From contig CM000434.1 in the NCBI GenBank assembly GCA_000165345.1, positions 832,001-896,000 of the forward strand: a stretch of 64,000 bases of DNA, in the 5' to 3' direction. Shown here piece by piece: positions 21,601 to 31,711 of this stretch. The stretch's first letter is position 1. Every line of letters starts with the position of its first letter. Both the position numbers and the translations under genes were made by a program. The notes below the pieces were generated by a model. That model saw nothing but the letters and a program-made list of their open reading frames with translations, searched no databases and was not told where the DNA came from.

Positions 21601-24600
21601 ATAGTCATATTCACTAATTAGGAAAAGTATCGTGAATAAGTAAATTAATGAAATAATTTGTATGAAGAAGAATAAGTATTTGATAATAGACTGAAGATTT
21701 GTATTTTTTTGAGAGTTTTTTTGCTTAAAATAATTCATTGGAGCATTCAACAAATTACTCTTTGTAGTTTTAATAGTATTCATAGACTTTTTATCCTTAA
21801 TATTTTCTTTTAAAGAGTTATCCTTATAAATATACCAAGGTGATGTGAAAATTAAAGACAATGCCAACAATACTGAATCAATGACTTTTCCTGATGCAGA
21901 TACTGGGAAAATTTCTGCAAAATCTCTTAATCTAAATACAGAATATGGCAATGTATTTAAAAAAGCTTTTCTCGTATATTTGAGAATATTTTTTGTTAAT
22001 AACTGAATTGATGATTTTGACTTAAAATTTGAATTTTGGCTTTCATTAGTTACACCCGATATTCCTCTTTTTTTTTCTTTTTTATTTTGTCTGATTAACC
22101 CACTTTTTGTTTTTTTATTTGAATTTATTTTCTTTTTAATCTTTTCCTTACTCCAATCGTTTATCATGTTTTTGATATAAAAGACTTTGAGATATGATAT
22201 AATTGCCCAAAGTAATATGTAAATTATAGATGTCAATAGAATTGCAGAAGAAACTCGAATAGCTGATGGAATTATATGATTATGAGGACTTGTATTTAAT
22301 AAAGTAATGAATTTTGCTTTTTTAGCCAATAGTTCTTCAAACGTAGTATATGAACTTGATTTATCACAGATTGGATGTTTATTCATCATTCCATAAAGTT
22401 TACTTCTACTTATTAAGGGACCTAAATCAGTAACATTAGCTTTAGCTGGTATTTCTGGTATGTAACCAAGATGAATTTTTTGATAATCACTATTTAGACT
22501 TGGAATATAACATTCAGTTTTTTCACCAATACATTGAGAATCTATCAGCAATGTACTGGATGGATCAAATTCATGTTCATGATCTTGACTAAAAATCATG
22601 GGTACCCATAAGACCTCTTTTATTTGCATAATATTACAAATGTTTGGTAGCTCTATTAAGCAGTTACCCAAATATGTATTTATTCCCATTTTTTTATCCA
22701 TCTTTTTATATAATGCATCAATTCCAGTTTCATGTGTAGGTGTTGTTTCCATATTATCTTGACCAAAATAGTCAAAGTCGTCCAATATTCCTTGTATCTT
22801 CTCATTTAAATTGTTGCTTTGAGTATTTTCAATAGCATCATTAATATTTAGATTCTCTAATCTGTTTTTAAGAGTATGAAGTCCTTGAATCTTTGAAAAA
22901 TCCACGTTCTTTCCTAAGAAGAGTTCAGCTTCATTATTTCTTGGATAATTACAGGTGGAGTTCTGTAAAATTTTGATAATATGTTCAAAACTACTGGAAC
23001 GTACAAATTTGGTCATTTCTGGAGACAATAATTGTTTTACTAGATTGATAGCTTCTCCTAAAGAATCAGTTTTTCGATATTCTGTTTTAGTCTTTGATAA
23101 ATTAACTAATTCATCATTTTTGTCAGTATAATTTTGGAAAAGTTTAGTCTTTTGAGAAAAAATGGTGTCAAAGTTACTAAAAATAGATTCATATTCTCCG
23201 CTAGTATCGTGTTGAGAAATATGATCATCTTCTTCAAAATAACCTCTTCTCATTTCACTTCTCACAAAATTCATTTGTTCTTCAAGTTCATTCTGCTCGT
23301 CCAGCTCATTCTGTTTTTCCACTTCCTTATTGTTTTCAGTAAAATCAAATTGATACTGCAAAAAGAAATCGCGACTAAATTCTGGATTAGAGTAAATACT
23401 ACCTTCAACGGAACTACTGCTCTTTACTTTCTCATTAAAAGTAGTATTTTCTAGCTTTACTGAAACATTTACATCTCTTCCATTTGAATCAGAAGCTGTC
23501 AAACTTTCATTAATATACTGGAAGATTTTATTGTGTTCAATACTATTAATTTTAGCCAAATTATCTAGCTCAGTCTCATCTGAATCAGTCTCTGAATTAG
23601 AATCAATTTCACGAATTTCTCCTTCAATACCATTCGAAAGAATAATAATTCTAACCAAAAGTGTAACGGGAATAGCCATCAAATCATCTAAATTTGGAAA
23701 TTCTGGAGGTAATGAACCCAATAATCTGGAAGCAACTTGGATACTCACTTCTGATGAGTAATCAAGACTTGAAAGTACTTCTGATAGTGTCTGGACTCTT
23801 CCTAAAAGAATATTTCGAATAATATCATCCTTTCCTAAAATTGTTGCAGTAATAAGAGCATGCTGTAATGCATGAATACACCAAAAGCTTTGTAACATTG
23901 CCTCCCTTAATATTGACTGTAATACCACTTTTGACGTATAATTTTTATTTAATAAAAGTAGTAATGATAAGATCGAAATTGAATTATCATACTCTGAAGT
24001 ACCTATAATAGGTATCGATCGTGGTGTAGGAATTGAGTACCTTTTTAAAGGCTTACAAAAACATCTCACGACAAATGAACTGACGTGGAAGTCTATGGCT
24101 GGTGATGAGAGATATTCAACAATTTTATGTTCACCTGTAATATCGTTTCCTGAGCTAACCGCAAGTTCGTACCAAAGAGTTGTATTGGTTTTTGGATTTT
24201 GAAACATAAGCATTTCCTCGAGAATTTGGAACTTAGGCAACTTATTGTTATTGTTTCCAGAAAATTTGAACTCATTAATTTGATCAAACTCTTCAAACAT
24301 TTTAAAAGATTTTTTACTGCTAATAGTTGGTTTATATAAAAGTGAATTTTCTTTATTAAGTTCTCTGCTCTCTTTTAACATCAATTCCTCCTGATAATTG
24401 ATTTTGTAAATAAGGTGGCCAATAGGAAGGTTCCCATATATATCAGGTTCATGAAGTTCGCAAAGTTCAAAATCCAATACCCCAGTATTAGTCTGAAACT
24501 TGTAGAAACTAACCAAAATCCTAATCAGATCTTCATCTCCAAGATGAGCCATCCACCAAAGCAAGTTCCGGCCTTCATTATCCCTAACAATGCATATATC

Positions 24601-25593
24601 CTTGTTATATGCCTTGATTTCTGGGAGTAATAGAGAAAAGATGACTTTTTTATCAAATCCTCTTTTAATTGCAGTAATAATACGAAGAATTTTATCCTTT
24701 GCATTGGCCAACTTTCTGTTAATTTCGGAAAGAGTTGAATTTAAAGGTAACTTTTCATTACTGGAAATATACTCGTTATCAATATTATTCCTCACAATAT
24801 ACTTGGAAAAGGAGGAATGTTCAATTAATTTATTTAATAACTTTTTGTTTCCTGACTCAATAATAAACGAAATCGCATCTTTTCCTTCAAGGGTTAAATC
24901 AGTCATAGATGCTCCGTAGTCCAAAAGCAACTCCAAGAATTCCTCGGTATTTGTTGACATTCCGTCTTTTAATAAGAAATAAAATGGGGTTAGCCCATTT
25001 CTGTCTGGAATATTTGGGTTTGATCCACATTTTAACAGAAAATGAGTCATCCTCAAATTCTTTGAGATTACACTGTAAAATAATGGAGACAAATCCCTAT
25101 TATCTGAGTAATCAATATTGGCTCCGTTAAGTAATAATAATGCCACTAATGGTAAGTTGCTTCTTTGAACAGCATTAATCAATGGACTGATTCCATTCGC
25201 ACCAACTATGTTTACATCTGCTCCATGTTCTATCAAATATAACGAGATAGTATAGGAAATATATCCATTTTGTCTAGTTGAAATGAGTAAGGCAGTTTCT
25301 CCTGTTGAATTAGAAATTGAATTAATATTATTAACGCATAACCTATCAAGCATAGCAGTGATTGCCTCAAGATCCTGTAGCCTAATACTTTCATGGAATT
25401 CATCCACTAAATCAAGACATTCTTCTGTGTAAGCAATATCTTTTTGGCATTCACAGTTATTTTTCTGGATTACATTTACCAATGAATCTGAAATACTGTT
25501 TAATGGGCAACCAATAGGAAATATTTGTTTGGTTCCTATGCAAAACAATATCTTAAACGTTAAAAGAAAAATTGAACATAGATAAATCTTCAT
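18601..25593 (-). CDS. Giant (2330 aa) signal-peptide, ankyrin-repeat, multi-pass membrane protein
   Basis: Single uninterrupted ORF. The N-terminus MKIYLCSIFLLTFKILFCIG is signal-like. It has at least 4 canonical ANK repeats (TGETALLISTRQNG...LIEHGADVN, NGISPLINAVQRSNLPLVALLLLNGANID, DLSPLFYSVISKNLRMTHFLLKCGSNPN, NGLTPFYFLLKDG). There are at least 8 strongly hydrophobic 20-aa segments in the C-terminal 1250 aa, separated by Asn/Ser-rich low-complexity tracts. Confidence 0.8.
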   Translation of the reverse strand: MKIYLCSIFLLTFKILFCIGTKQIFPIGCPLNSISDSLVNVIQKNNCECQKDIAYTEECLDLVDEFHESIRLQDLEAITAMLDRLCVNNINSISNSTGETALLISTRQNGYISYTISLYLIEHGADVNIVGANGISPLINAVQRSNLPLVALLLLNGANIDYSDNRDLSPLFYSVISKNLRMTHFLLKCGSNPNIPDRNGLTPFYFLLKDGMSTNTEEFLELLLDYGASMTDLTLEGKDAISFIIESGNKKLLNKLIEHSSFSKYIVRNNIDNEYISSNEKLPLNSTLSEINRKLANAKDKILRIITAIKRGFDKKVIFSLLLPEIKAYNKDICIVRDNEGRNLLWWMAHLGDEDLIRILVSFYKFQTNTGVLDFELCELHEPDIYGNLPIGHLIYKINYQEELMLKESRELNKENSLLYKPTISSKKSFKMFEEFDQINEFKFSGNNNNKLPKFQILEEMLMFQNPKTNTTLWYELAVSSGNDITGEHKIVEYLSSPAIDFHVSSFVVRCFCKPLKRYSIPTPRSIPIIGTSEYDNSISILSLLLLLNKNYTSKVVLQSILREAMLQSFWCIHALQHALITATILGKDDIIRNILLGRVQTLSEVLSSLDYSSEVSIQVASRLLGSLPPEFPNLDDLMAIPVTLLVRIIILSNGIEGEIREIDSNSETDSDETELDNLAKINSIEHNKIFQYINESLTASDSNGRDVNVSVKLENTTFNEKVKSSSSVEGSIYSNPEFSRDFFLQYQFDFTENNKEVEKQNELDEQNELEEQMNFVRSEMRRGYFEEDDHISQHDTSGEYESIFSNFDTIFSQKTKLFQNYTDKNDELVNLSKTKTEYRKTDSLGEAINLVKQLLSPEMTKFVRSSSFEHIIKILQNSTCNYPRNNEAELFLGKNVDFSKIQGLHTLKNRLENLNINDAIENTQSNNLNEKIQGILDDFDYFGQDNMETTPTHETGIDALYKKMDKKMGINTYLGNCLIELPNICNIMQIKEVLWVPMIFSQDHEHEFDPSSTLLIDSQCIGEKTECYIPSLNSDYQKIHLGYIPEIPAKANVTDLGPLISRSKLYGMMNKHPICDKSSSYTTFEELLAKKAKFITLLNTSPHNHIIPSAIRVSSAILLTSIIYILLWAIISYLKVFYIKNMINDWSKEKIKKKINSNKKTKSGLIRQNKKEKKRGISGVTNESQNSNFKSKSSIQLLTKNILKYTRKAFLNTLPYSVFRLRDFAEIFPVSASGKVIDSVLLALSLIFTSPWYIYKDNSLKENIKDKKSMNTIKTTKSNLLNAPMNYFKQKNSQKNTNLQSIIKYLFFFIQIISLIYLFTILFLISEYDYIWFLIGVIITATLCSSVRIYYTHEFVSNYCNKYFCGFSKEYYLYNYYYYKKSVENRKNIRNIYSNLLNCAMNSSTLIKNNYFSHNNNNEYDYDFDCDKSDIDKNSNNKINSEVPILDNQIEISPNMLIPQKLSSQKLSSRNKSHMDLIPELHAQVHHRFGGSFISELNNSQSGSSFSTSNYYINTKASHSYSNEVNGCSVTSQPDSSSNFSSPNTARFNLLGVSSSNVTTFGSRSYSRFTSYSSSSSKYFENNNFADDENLSSSESNEDTNSLGSDLESITKKNDDDKYINRIKLNPNHSKVNKVKVMKKSSVKVKKSSTGGEYICLPDLLSITSTISNDTSSGDKYLRTPWIQNYNSKIESNDINIAFDINSSKSSSFGLVNDKFCSTLSGPAIRITRSNTANKRFKSVLSNYCNRIKNTQQIYQSDTNISSKTSIYINSKRQKKIPSINDNFNNFIKSNNQVKRSIRLRKIRNIISSAEDNLSCDNIRTNIGNVVTNNQIHKPLYRLVDEVSYNTPYEYFNVVITCKIISCIVAMSSNISITLFKSNSYLIRDSTLYFLYNKSPITVYIIECIFTYWISNLIFEILKGLIILLFFVKQRKRLCIVLVQHIPTQFKYSNVQEFIQIVSYWRSAIQHILYKNTKLWTSFLNASVSINTLIFFCIGKIMLVAIYNKKNRIYNNRVSDLSSSTMLSKNPSSNQNLNGLSASGSTNIVRGSFDKDISRILTTSPNIIGGGISTNLLNELNSRSIGDHFMNNFFKTGSFSTNKNQFMDSISNIDYILNSNNEDNYNMNKYNDISSMIDLNDHYYTNIPGEGTNNFINNINLMRSIRSGMNNNDNNPVISHSTLTYSNLASISNIKTSALSFMLTIPQYATSYLSYQGTIPSSSENNMINTYSNCETIFLTMGIVMFIFSSYVIRLLYQINRTSVRTHSWLQNILHRTPPGAGIYIVIEKVLLVINSTPPLLKICGFDITEKLSGFCLYIFTPLAILTFFKFTT

Positions 25594-26153
25594 CTTTATA
25601 ATTCACCTTGATAACTTCAAGTTCATTAAATTTTCATATTATTTGCAGTTTATCTTAATCCAATTTAAATAGTAAATTATCTCATTAATCAGACTTGGAC
25701 TCTGCCTATGAGTTTATTACTTTATTTGATTTCTGAATAACTCTATCGGTGTGTTCAGTTTAATGTTATTGAATTTATTTCAATAGTGTCATTTCAAAGT
25801 TCTGGCACCTAGCTCCTTATAATAGCAAGCTGTATTAATCTTTTTGAAAATGTCTTATTAATTACTGCTGAAATACTAATAACCCGTTTTATTCAACTAA
25901 ATTACCTTATTAAAATTAAATTTCTTTCCTATTTCATTTATTAACATCGCCTTCACCATTAAACTCCCCCCATGTCGGTACCATAAAATAGCAATTTTTC
26001 CGCTCATTAATTGTAAAATTAATTTGCCCACATTAATTTGACAAAAAATTTCAAATCTTTAAATTAATTTACCATTTTTTGTTTTTAATTTAATTTCTTT
26101 AATAATTTTTTTTTTAACCTTTTTAACCCAAAACAATACAATTGCAATATAAA

Positions 26154-26286
26154 TTGTCCACATTGAAAAAAAAAATTTATTGCATGCATGCAATTTACAC
26201 GTAAGATTAAAAAAAGTGTGCATGTGGATGAATAACAATTGAACGAAGCTAATACCGGTATGTGAATTTTACATATTTACGTGGGA
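26154..26286. promoter_or_regulatory. Composite motif module (instance 4)
   Basis: TTGTCCACATT 26154-26164; TTGCATGCATGCAATTTACACGTAAG 26180-26205; GTGCATGTGGAT 26218-26229; AATACCGGTATG 26251-26262; TTACGTGGGA 26277-26286. The module lies upstream of the giant gene (ATG 25593) and 53 bp past the stop of the 26339 gene. Confidence 0.45.
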
Positions 26287-26338
26287 GAAAAAAAATTATT
26301 TGGAGAAAAAATAAATTATAAAATTAATATTTTAAAAG

Positions 26339-27562
26339 CTAACTATCCCATTGAAAATGGTCAGCAATTGTTAAGAAAACTTCAATAACAAGATCATCAG
26401 GGTTGTTTGACCCAATTCCACTTTTACTATTTGAAGTACTCGACTTGTTCTTATTAGTCGTTTTTGTGATTCTGGCAGAACCATCGGAAAGTCTTTTTGG
26501 CTTGCCGCCCGAAAGAGATGAATCATGCTGTTCTGAAGATTTATTGCCTAAATCTTTATCTTCTTTTCCTGAATTAGCATCAATTGACTTTTTGACATTA
26601 ATTGAGCTACCCCAAGATGCATAGAGTTGGTGCCATATCCTATGTCTTAGAATAGTCCCTGTGTTTACAAGATACTCAATTCTGGAAAGTTTGAAAACAC
26701 CATTTCCCTTCTCAGTAAGCATTTTTATTGACTTTAAAAACTCATAGAAATACATTGCAAGACGGTATCTTGTTAACTGCCTACTCCCTCTTATTAATTC
26801 ATCATCCATAACTTCCAGATGCATAAAATATTGCCTCACAAACCTAACAATATCAATCTCATCAAAAAAGACCTTTGATTGTCCTTTTATTTCTAATCTT
26901 GTATCGCATGTGTGTGGCTGAGGATGCTGGTGATCACAGAAGACTATATGTTCAGCTAAAAGTTTATCTAAAGTCACCACAACATGAGACTTCATTTGAT
27001 CTACAGAAACTGGTAATAACTTGTGATTATGTTTTAGAGCTGCAACTATTGGACTATATTTGAATCTATTAAGAGGTAAATTTCTTCCAGCTTCCAAAAA
27101 GAAAAATCTTATTGCTGCAAACCAGAAATCCATTGTCATTCTAGTTAGTGGAACATTAAAGAAATAGCAATTCTTTAAAGAATATCTAATATAGCCATCA
27201 CAATATCTATTTAACATCTTGCAAACAAGCCTCAATTCTAACAAATATTTATCTTCTACAAAATCAAACAAATTTCTTTTTGCTCTAAGACTCAGCTTTG
27301 AAAATACTTCCAACAATGTTACATTTACTATTGTTATTTCACGCTTTATTACAGGTTTTACTTCTTCTTTTACTTCATTATTTTTATCAGAATTTCCAAC
27401 CAATTTTTTTTCTTCGTTATTCTCATTATCGCTAGAGTGTTTACTTTCATTTCTGTCTAATTCATCTTCGCTTGTATTTGAGCTGCCACTGTTGGATCTC
27501 TCATTGCTACTTTCCTCATTTAATATAGAATTCCAGTTTACTACAAACTCTGATCTTACCAT
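26339..27562 (-). CDS. Hypothetical protein (407 aa)
   Basis: Single ORF from an ATG, with an acidic/Ser-rich N-terminus and a Ser/Lys-rich C-terminus. The segment LLEVFSKLSLRAKRNLFDFVEDKYLLELRLVCKMLNRY is weakly F-box-like, which is a low-confidence impression only. Confidence 0.6.
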   Translation of the reverse strand: MVRSEFVVNWNSILNEESSNERSNSGSSNTSEDELDRNESKHSSDNENNEEKKLVGNSDKNNEVKEEVKPVIKREITIVNVTLLEVFSKLSLRAKRNLFDFVEDKYLLELRLVCKMLNRYCDGYIRYSLKNCYFFNVPLTRMTMDFWFAAIRFFFLEAGRNLPLNRFKYSPIVAALKHNHKLLPVSVDQMKSHVVVTLDKLLAEHIVFCDHQHPQPHTCDTRLEIKGQSKVFFDEIDIVRFVRQYFMHLEVMDDELIRGSRQLTRYRLAMYFYEFLKSIKMLTEKGNGVFKLSRIEYLVNTGTILRHRIWHQLYASWGSSINVKKSIDANSGKEDKDLGNKSSEQHDSSLSGGKPKRLSDGSARITKTTNKNKSSTSNSKSGIGSNNPDDLVIEVFLTIADHFQWDS

Positions 27563-27752
27563 TCCTTATCTCCTCTCCAATAATTAATTTTTTTTTAAAT
27601 TCGTCTTTTTTTCATTATTATATATTTAGACGCTGTGTGAACACACGGCAATTTCCATCTAAATCCTCTAACACTAAGAAAAAAAAAAGAGGCAAGGCAT
27701 TTTTTTTCAATATTAACCTGCAAGCTAACCATTTTCCTAATTATAACTAACG

Positions 27753-28393
27753 TTAAATCTCCTCTCCACTTTCCTCTGTATCAATATCGCTTATATTCAT
27801 TCCATTATCATCCACAATGTATGATTGCATCTTGCAATTTTCCAATGGTGCTTTTTGAATATTCATTATCTATATAAAGAAAAATTAATTAAAACAATAA
27901 ATTTTTTCGAAATTATTAATAAAAACTCTCAATAATCACTTACCTTCTCGACTAAAGAATAGTCACCTTTCGAACATTGGTCGTACATTTCACAAATCAA
28001 CTCAGCGACCTCCAAATCACTATCATCTTCTACAATAGTAGAAAATCTTGTTTCCATTGCTTCCATTAAGAAATTTGCCAAATTATTCGAATTTACCTTC
28101 CTTCCTATAAATTATTAAAAGTTAATTTTTCAATGATTTTTTCCCACCTCTAGTAATAAAGAGTAACAGACGTTTCTACCTACCTGATTGAAAAGACATT
28201 ATTACTTCCTGAATTAATTCTTCACGCTTCTTATTTGCAAACCTGCCTGACCATCCTCCTTCTACTGAAAGGTTCAAAATAGTCCTTAAAATTGTTACTA
28301 TTGATCAAGAATAACATTACAGAACTCAACTCACCATGTGGAAAATACTTGGTTGACTCCTTGTACAAAAACTTGAAAACGTTGTGAGTCCAT
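27753..28393 (-). CDS. TSR2: Pre-rRNA processing protein TSR2 homologue, 4 exons (145 aa); absent from the ORF track
   Basis: Exons are 28393-28335, 28284-28184, 28104-27944 and 27869-27753 (59+101+161+117=438 nt). The donors are GTGAGT, GTAGGT and GTAAGT, and all acceptors are AG. The product is MDSQRFQVFVQGVNQVFSTWTILNLSVEGGWSGRFANKKREELIQEVIMSFQSGRKVNSNNLANFLMEAMETRFSTIVEDDSDLEVAELICEMYDQCSKGDYSLVEK.... It follows the TSR2 pattern (F..GV...W..L...V..G.GG...K...L......LE.FL...M...F.T.VEDxS...V...L......GD) as recalled from human TSR2. Confidence 0.8.
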
Positions 28394-28556
28394 TGGAATA
28401 TTAAAGCGAGAAAAAATCTTAAAATAATACTAAATGGTCTATATTGTAAATATTCAAGCTATAATTTAGAAAGTTTAAATAAATTATACTTATTCTTCAC
28501 TAATTCTTATATACCTTTTTTTTACCTATTATCTCTCAAATATTTAAAAAAGACTG

Positions 28557-28654
28557 TTGGCGCCTCTTTGTCGAAAAAGTCATGCACAGGTATATGCAAT
28601 ACTTTTGCATGTAGCTATATAAAATGTCATGCACTCATGTGGATAACACGTAAT
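28557..28654. promoter_or_regulatory. Composite motif module (instance 5, partly degenerate)
   Basis: TTGGCGCC 28557-28564; CATGCACAGGTATATGCA 28581-28598 (ACAGGTAT in place of ACCGGTAT); TTGCATGTA 28605-28613; CATGTGGATAACACGTAAT 28636-28654. The module lies 164-261 bp upstream of the TSR2 ATG. Confidence 0.4.
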
Positions 28655-28726
28655 AAATGAAAATAATAATAGTGAAAGTTAAGAATGAGTGCTTGAATCA
28701 TTATAAAAAATGAGCTTGGAATCTAT

Positions 28727-29359
28727 TTAATTTTTCTCTAAATAATTAGAGATAATTTCTAATTCAGCTTGGCAGTTATAGCAATTAAATTTCTCAATTT
28801 TGTGAATTTCATCCAGAACTTTGTTATCAAATGGAGTTGACGAATTGTTTGGATATTTCTTATTCGAATCTATTAGCTTCTGCTGAACAAATTCATCAAT
28901 ATTATTTGCGATTATGCAAGTAAAGCTCAAAATAAAGTCATAATTCGATTTAATTAAAGTACAAAGTTTCAAAGAATTATGTAATACTTGGACTCTTTTA
29001 ATACTTGTTATTTTAGAATCTTTATCAGAATTATAATGATTAAAAGTTGAGTACTCATCATTAATCCATTTAATTGTTTTTTCAAGATTTGAAAAATGTT
29101 CTTTAAAAAACTGATTAACATAACTACGTAATTCTGAAGATAAATTTTTGATTCTAGTGGTAAGATCATTTATTATATTAAATCTGCTTGATTGAAGAGT
29201 TTCTTCTGAAGTTTGATTACAAATAATATCATTGGAGAAATGCAGCTCAAGAGTTGCAAGTAAATGAGATATGGCATTAACGGATCTCTGTATATACTTC
29301 GAAAGTGTATTCCAACCTTTCCCAATTTGGTGAGCTATTTCTATGTAAGTTTCCTTCAT
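28727..29359 (-). CDS. Hypothetical protein (210 aa)
   Basis: Single ORF from an ATG, predicted helical. No recognisable motif. Confidence 0.55.
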   Translation of the reverse strand: MKETYIEIAHQIGKGWNTLSKYIQRSVNAISHLLATLELHFSNDIICNQTSEETLQSSRFNIINDLTTRIKNLSSELRSYVNQFFKEHFSNLEKTIKWINDEYSTFNHYNSDKDSKITSIKRVQVLHNSLKLCTLIKSNYDFILSFTCIIANNIDEFVQQKLIDSNKKYPNNSSTPFDNKVLDEIHKIEKFNCYNCQAELEIISNYLEKN

Positions 29360-29977
29360 TTTTTCCTATCTGTAATAAGCTACCCTCTCACAAGATAAGA
29401 AAATTGGCAATATAGAAATACTTTGGATCAAGGCAACTATTGGAAACTGGAATAAGTGAATATTTACAAATAAAAATTCAAGTCAAGTCCCCACATTCAC
29501 CCAACAAACTTGAATCAATGCAGAATGTGCTCCATGGAGTAAATATGATAATCTCAATTGCTATAAATTCAACATCAGACAAATCTAAATTGCTCAAGAA
29601 AAAATAAAGCTTATTTTATTCACCTACTATACAAATTTAATTAACCCAATTATATCTTTGTGTTAATATATAATATTTATATTATTATATGGCGACCCTT
29701 TGTTGAGACAAGACGTGCGAGCCCTTAGCACACTAGTAACACGCAGTCTTAATATGAATTTGTATAGATCTTTAAATGGTAATCTGTTGATGAGGGGAAA
29801 GGTCTGAATTTGAAGGTATTAAAAAATTAATCAGTTAAAAAAAAGGTCATGTCAAATTGAGGAGGTAAAGACAAGTAATATTTGCACGAAGGAAAATATC
29901 GAATAAAACTGAGGGTAATTAACCTTGGTGATCTATAAATTATATTAATTAAGTAAATTAATTTAATATAGTTAAAG

Positions 29978-31711
29978 ATGACTACAGTTAGCGAAGCAGT
30001 GAGAAATAGCTGGATGCATATCTTTTCTTTTGACAGTGCTATTCCTAGAAGTAACCAAAGGGAAACGATTGGGGAAGTTTTAAAAGAAATTAATCGCATA
30101 AAGGATGAAATGCAAACATTGCATTTAAGGTTTTCTGACATTGAGCAGGGCAAATTAGACATATTATCAATTGAAAATGTAGAATCTCAATTTGAGAAAC
30201 TTAAACAGCAACTTCAGTTACATACTCTTTTAATCAGCGAGTTAAGAAAGTATCATACTGAAATAGAAGATTTGAAGAATAAGGAAGAATATAGAACTCA
30301 AGAAGAGAGAGAATTGAAGAATGAAATTAGGAAGTTAAAAAGTGATTTCCATTTATTATCCGAGACTGTTAATAGCAGAAATTCAATTCAAAACTCTAAT
30401 ATTCCAAGTATTATATCAAAACTAGAAGGTTTACAGATAGAATTTGATTCTTTAAATAATAGAATGATTAAGAATGAGAAAACTAAGGCTGAAGTTGAAT
30501 CATTAAAAAGAGATGTTGAAAATTTATCAATTATGAAGAAGTCATATGATGATCAGAGTTTTATTATTAAACAAATGAAAGAAGATATTCACTCAATTCA
30601 ATCGGTAATACAAGAAGACATTCCTCAACTCAAAAACGAAATTCAAAGAAAGATGAACAAAACTATACAAGCTACTAATGAGCTTAAGGAAAACTTTGGG
30701 GAGCTTAAGGATCAATTTAAACAGATTACTGAAGAAAGAAGACATGATCACAATGTAATTACTCAATTAGCAACCCAAGCAGAGCAGCTAAGAATACAGA
30801 TACAAACAATAAAGATGAGTCAAAAAGACAGTTCATCTAGTAAAATGAGGCAAGAGGAATTGGTGAATCAATGTGTGAAAAATATCGCAAAATTGGCGGA
30901 AAGTGTTAACAACCTTCAAGAAAAAATTTCCAATCATCTTATCGGATTATCTATCGCAAAGTCTAATAATAGTTTTTCAGTTGTTGGGTCAAAAAGTAAT
31001 TCGCATATTAAAACTCCAATCGTAATTAACAAAACTACTCCAAAAGGTAATTACTATGAAGTAGCAACCAATGGAAGTGAAAACTATAAAAGAATGTCTA
31101 GCAAGTCAAAGAACTCACCAAGAAGTCATAATAAATATACAGGCAATCATTTCACTCTTCCTGATACTCCCTCAACCCAAGCTCCCCCAGTTTTATCATC
31201 CAGTTCTGTGGGAAGACTTAGTTCATTCTTTGGTAACAGAGAGTTGAGTGGAATTGCAAGCTCAAGTAGTCTTACCTCAAGTAACTACATTGAAAGTAGC
31301 AATATTGATAGTGCCAATAATAGTAGACCAACTACAAACAATACTTGTGATCAAGAAGATGATATTATCACGCCTTCAACTATTGAAGAGGAAAGAATTA
31401 TTACAAAAAGAAGAGTATCAACAGATGGATTTTTGCAGGATTGTAGTTTAAAGCACTCTTCCACTAGCTTCCTAGAGATCAAAAGCAGTGTGAACTCTTC
31501 TGAAGAAACCAACTGTACAACTTCTAGTGAAAATTTCTTAATTAGAAATACTCTTCATCCAAGAAGTGATTTAGTTATGATGTCTACATTAACTGAGTCC
31601 AATTCAAAGTTATCATCAAGTATCACCACTCCAAAAAAGTCGGGAGATAGATCCAAGACTACGAGTTGCAATGGCAATCATGCTATATCTGACTTTCTGA
31701 GTCATTTTTAA
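29978..31711 (+). CDS. Coiled-coil protein with Ser-rich C-terminal half (577 aa)
   Basis: Single ORF from an ATG. Residues about 40-330 are heptad-rich (E/K/L/Q). The C-terminal 240 aa are Ser/Thr/Asn-rich. No catalytic motif. Confidence 0.65.
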   Translation: MTTVSEAVRNSWMHIFSFDSAIPRSNQRETIGEVLKEINRIKDEMQTLHLRFSDIEQGKLDILSIENVESQFEKLKQQLQLHTLLISELRKYHTEIEDLKNKEEYRTQEERELKNEIRKLKSDFHLLSETVNSRNSIQNSNIPSIISKLEGLQIEFDSLNNRMIKNEKTKAEVESLKRDVENLSIMKKSYDDQSFIIKQMKEDIHSIQSVIQEDIPQLKNEIQRKMNKTIQATNELKENFGELKDQFKQITEERRHDHNVITQLATQAEQLRIQIQTIKMSQKDSSSSKMRQEELVNQCVKNIAKLAESVNNLQEKISNHLIGLSIAKSNNSFSVVGSKSNSHIKTPIVINKTTPKGNYYEVATNGSENYKRMSSKSKNSPRSHNKYTGNHFTLPDTPSTQAPPVLSSSSVGRLSSFFGNRELSGIASSSSLTSSNYIESSNIDSANNSRPTTNNTCDQEDDIITPSTIEEERIITKRRVSTDGFLQDCSLKHSSTSFLEIKSSVNSSEETNCTTSSENFLIRNTLHPRSDLVMMSTLTESNSKLSSSITTPKKSGDRSKTTSCNGNHAISDFLSHF

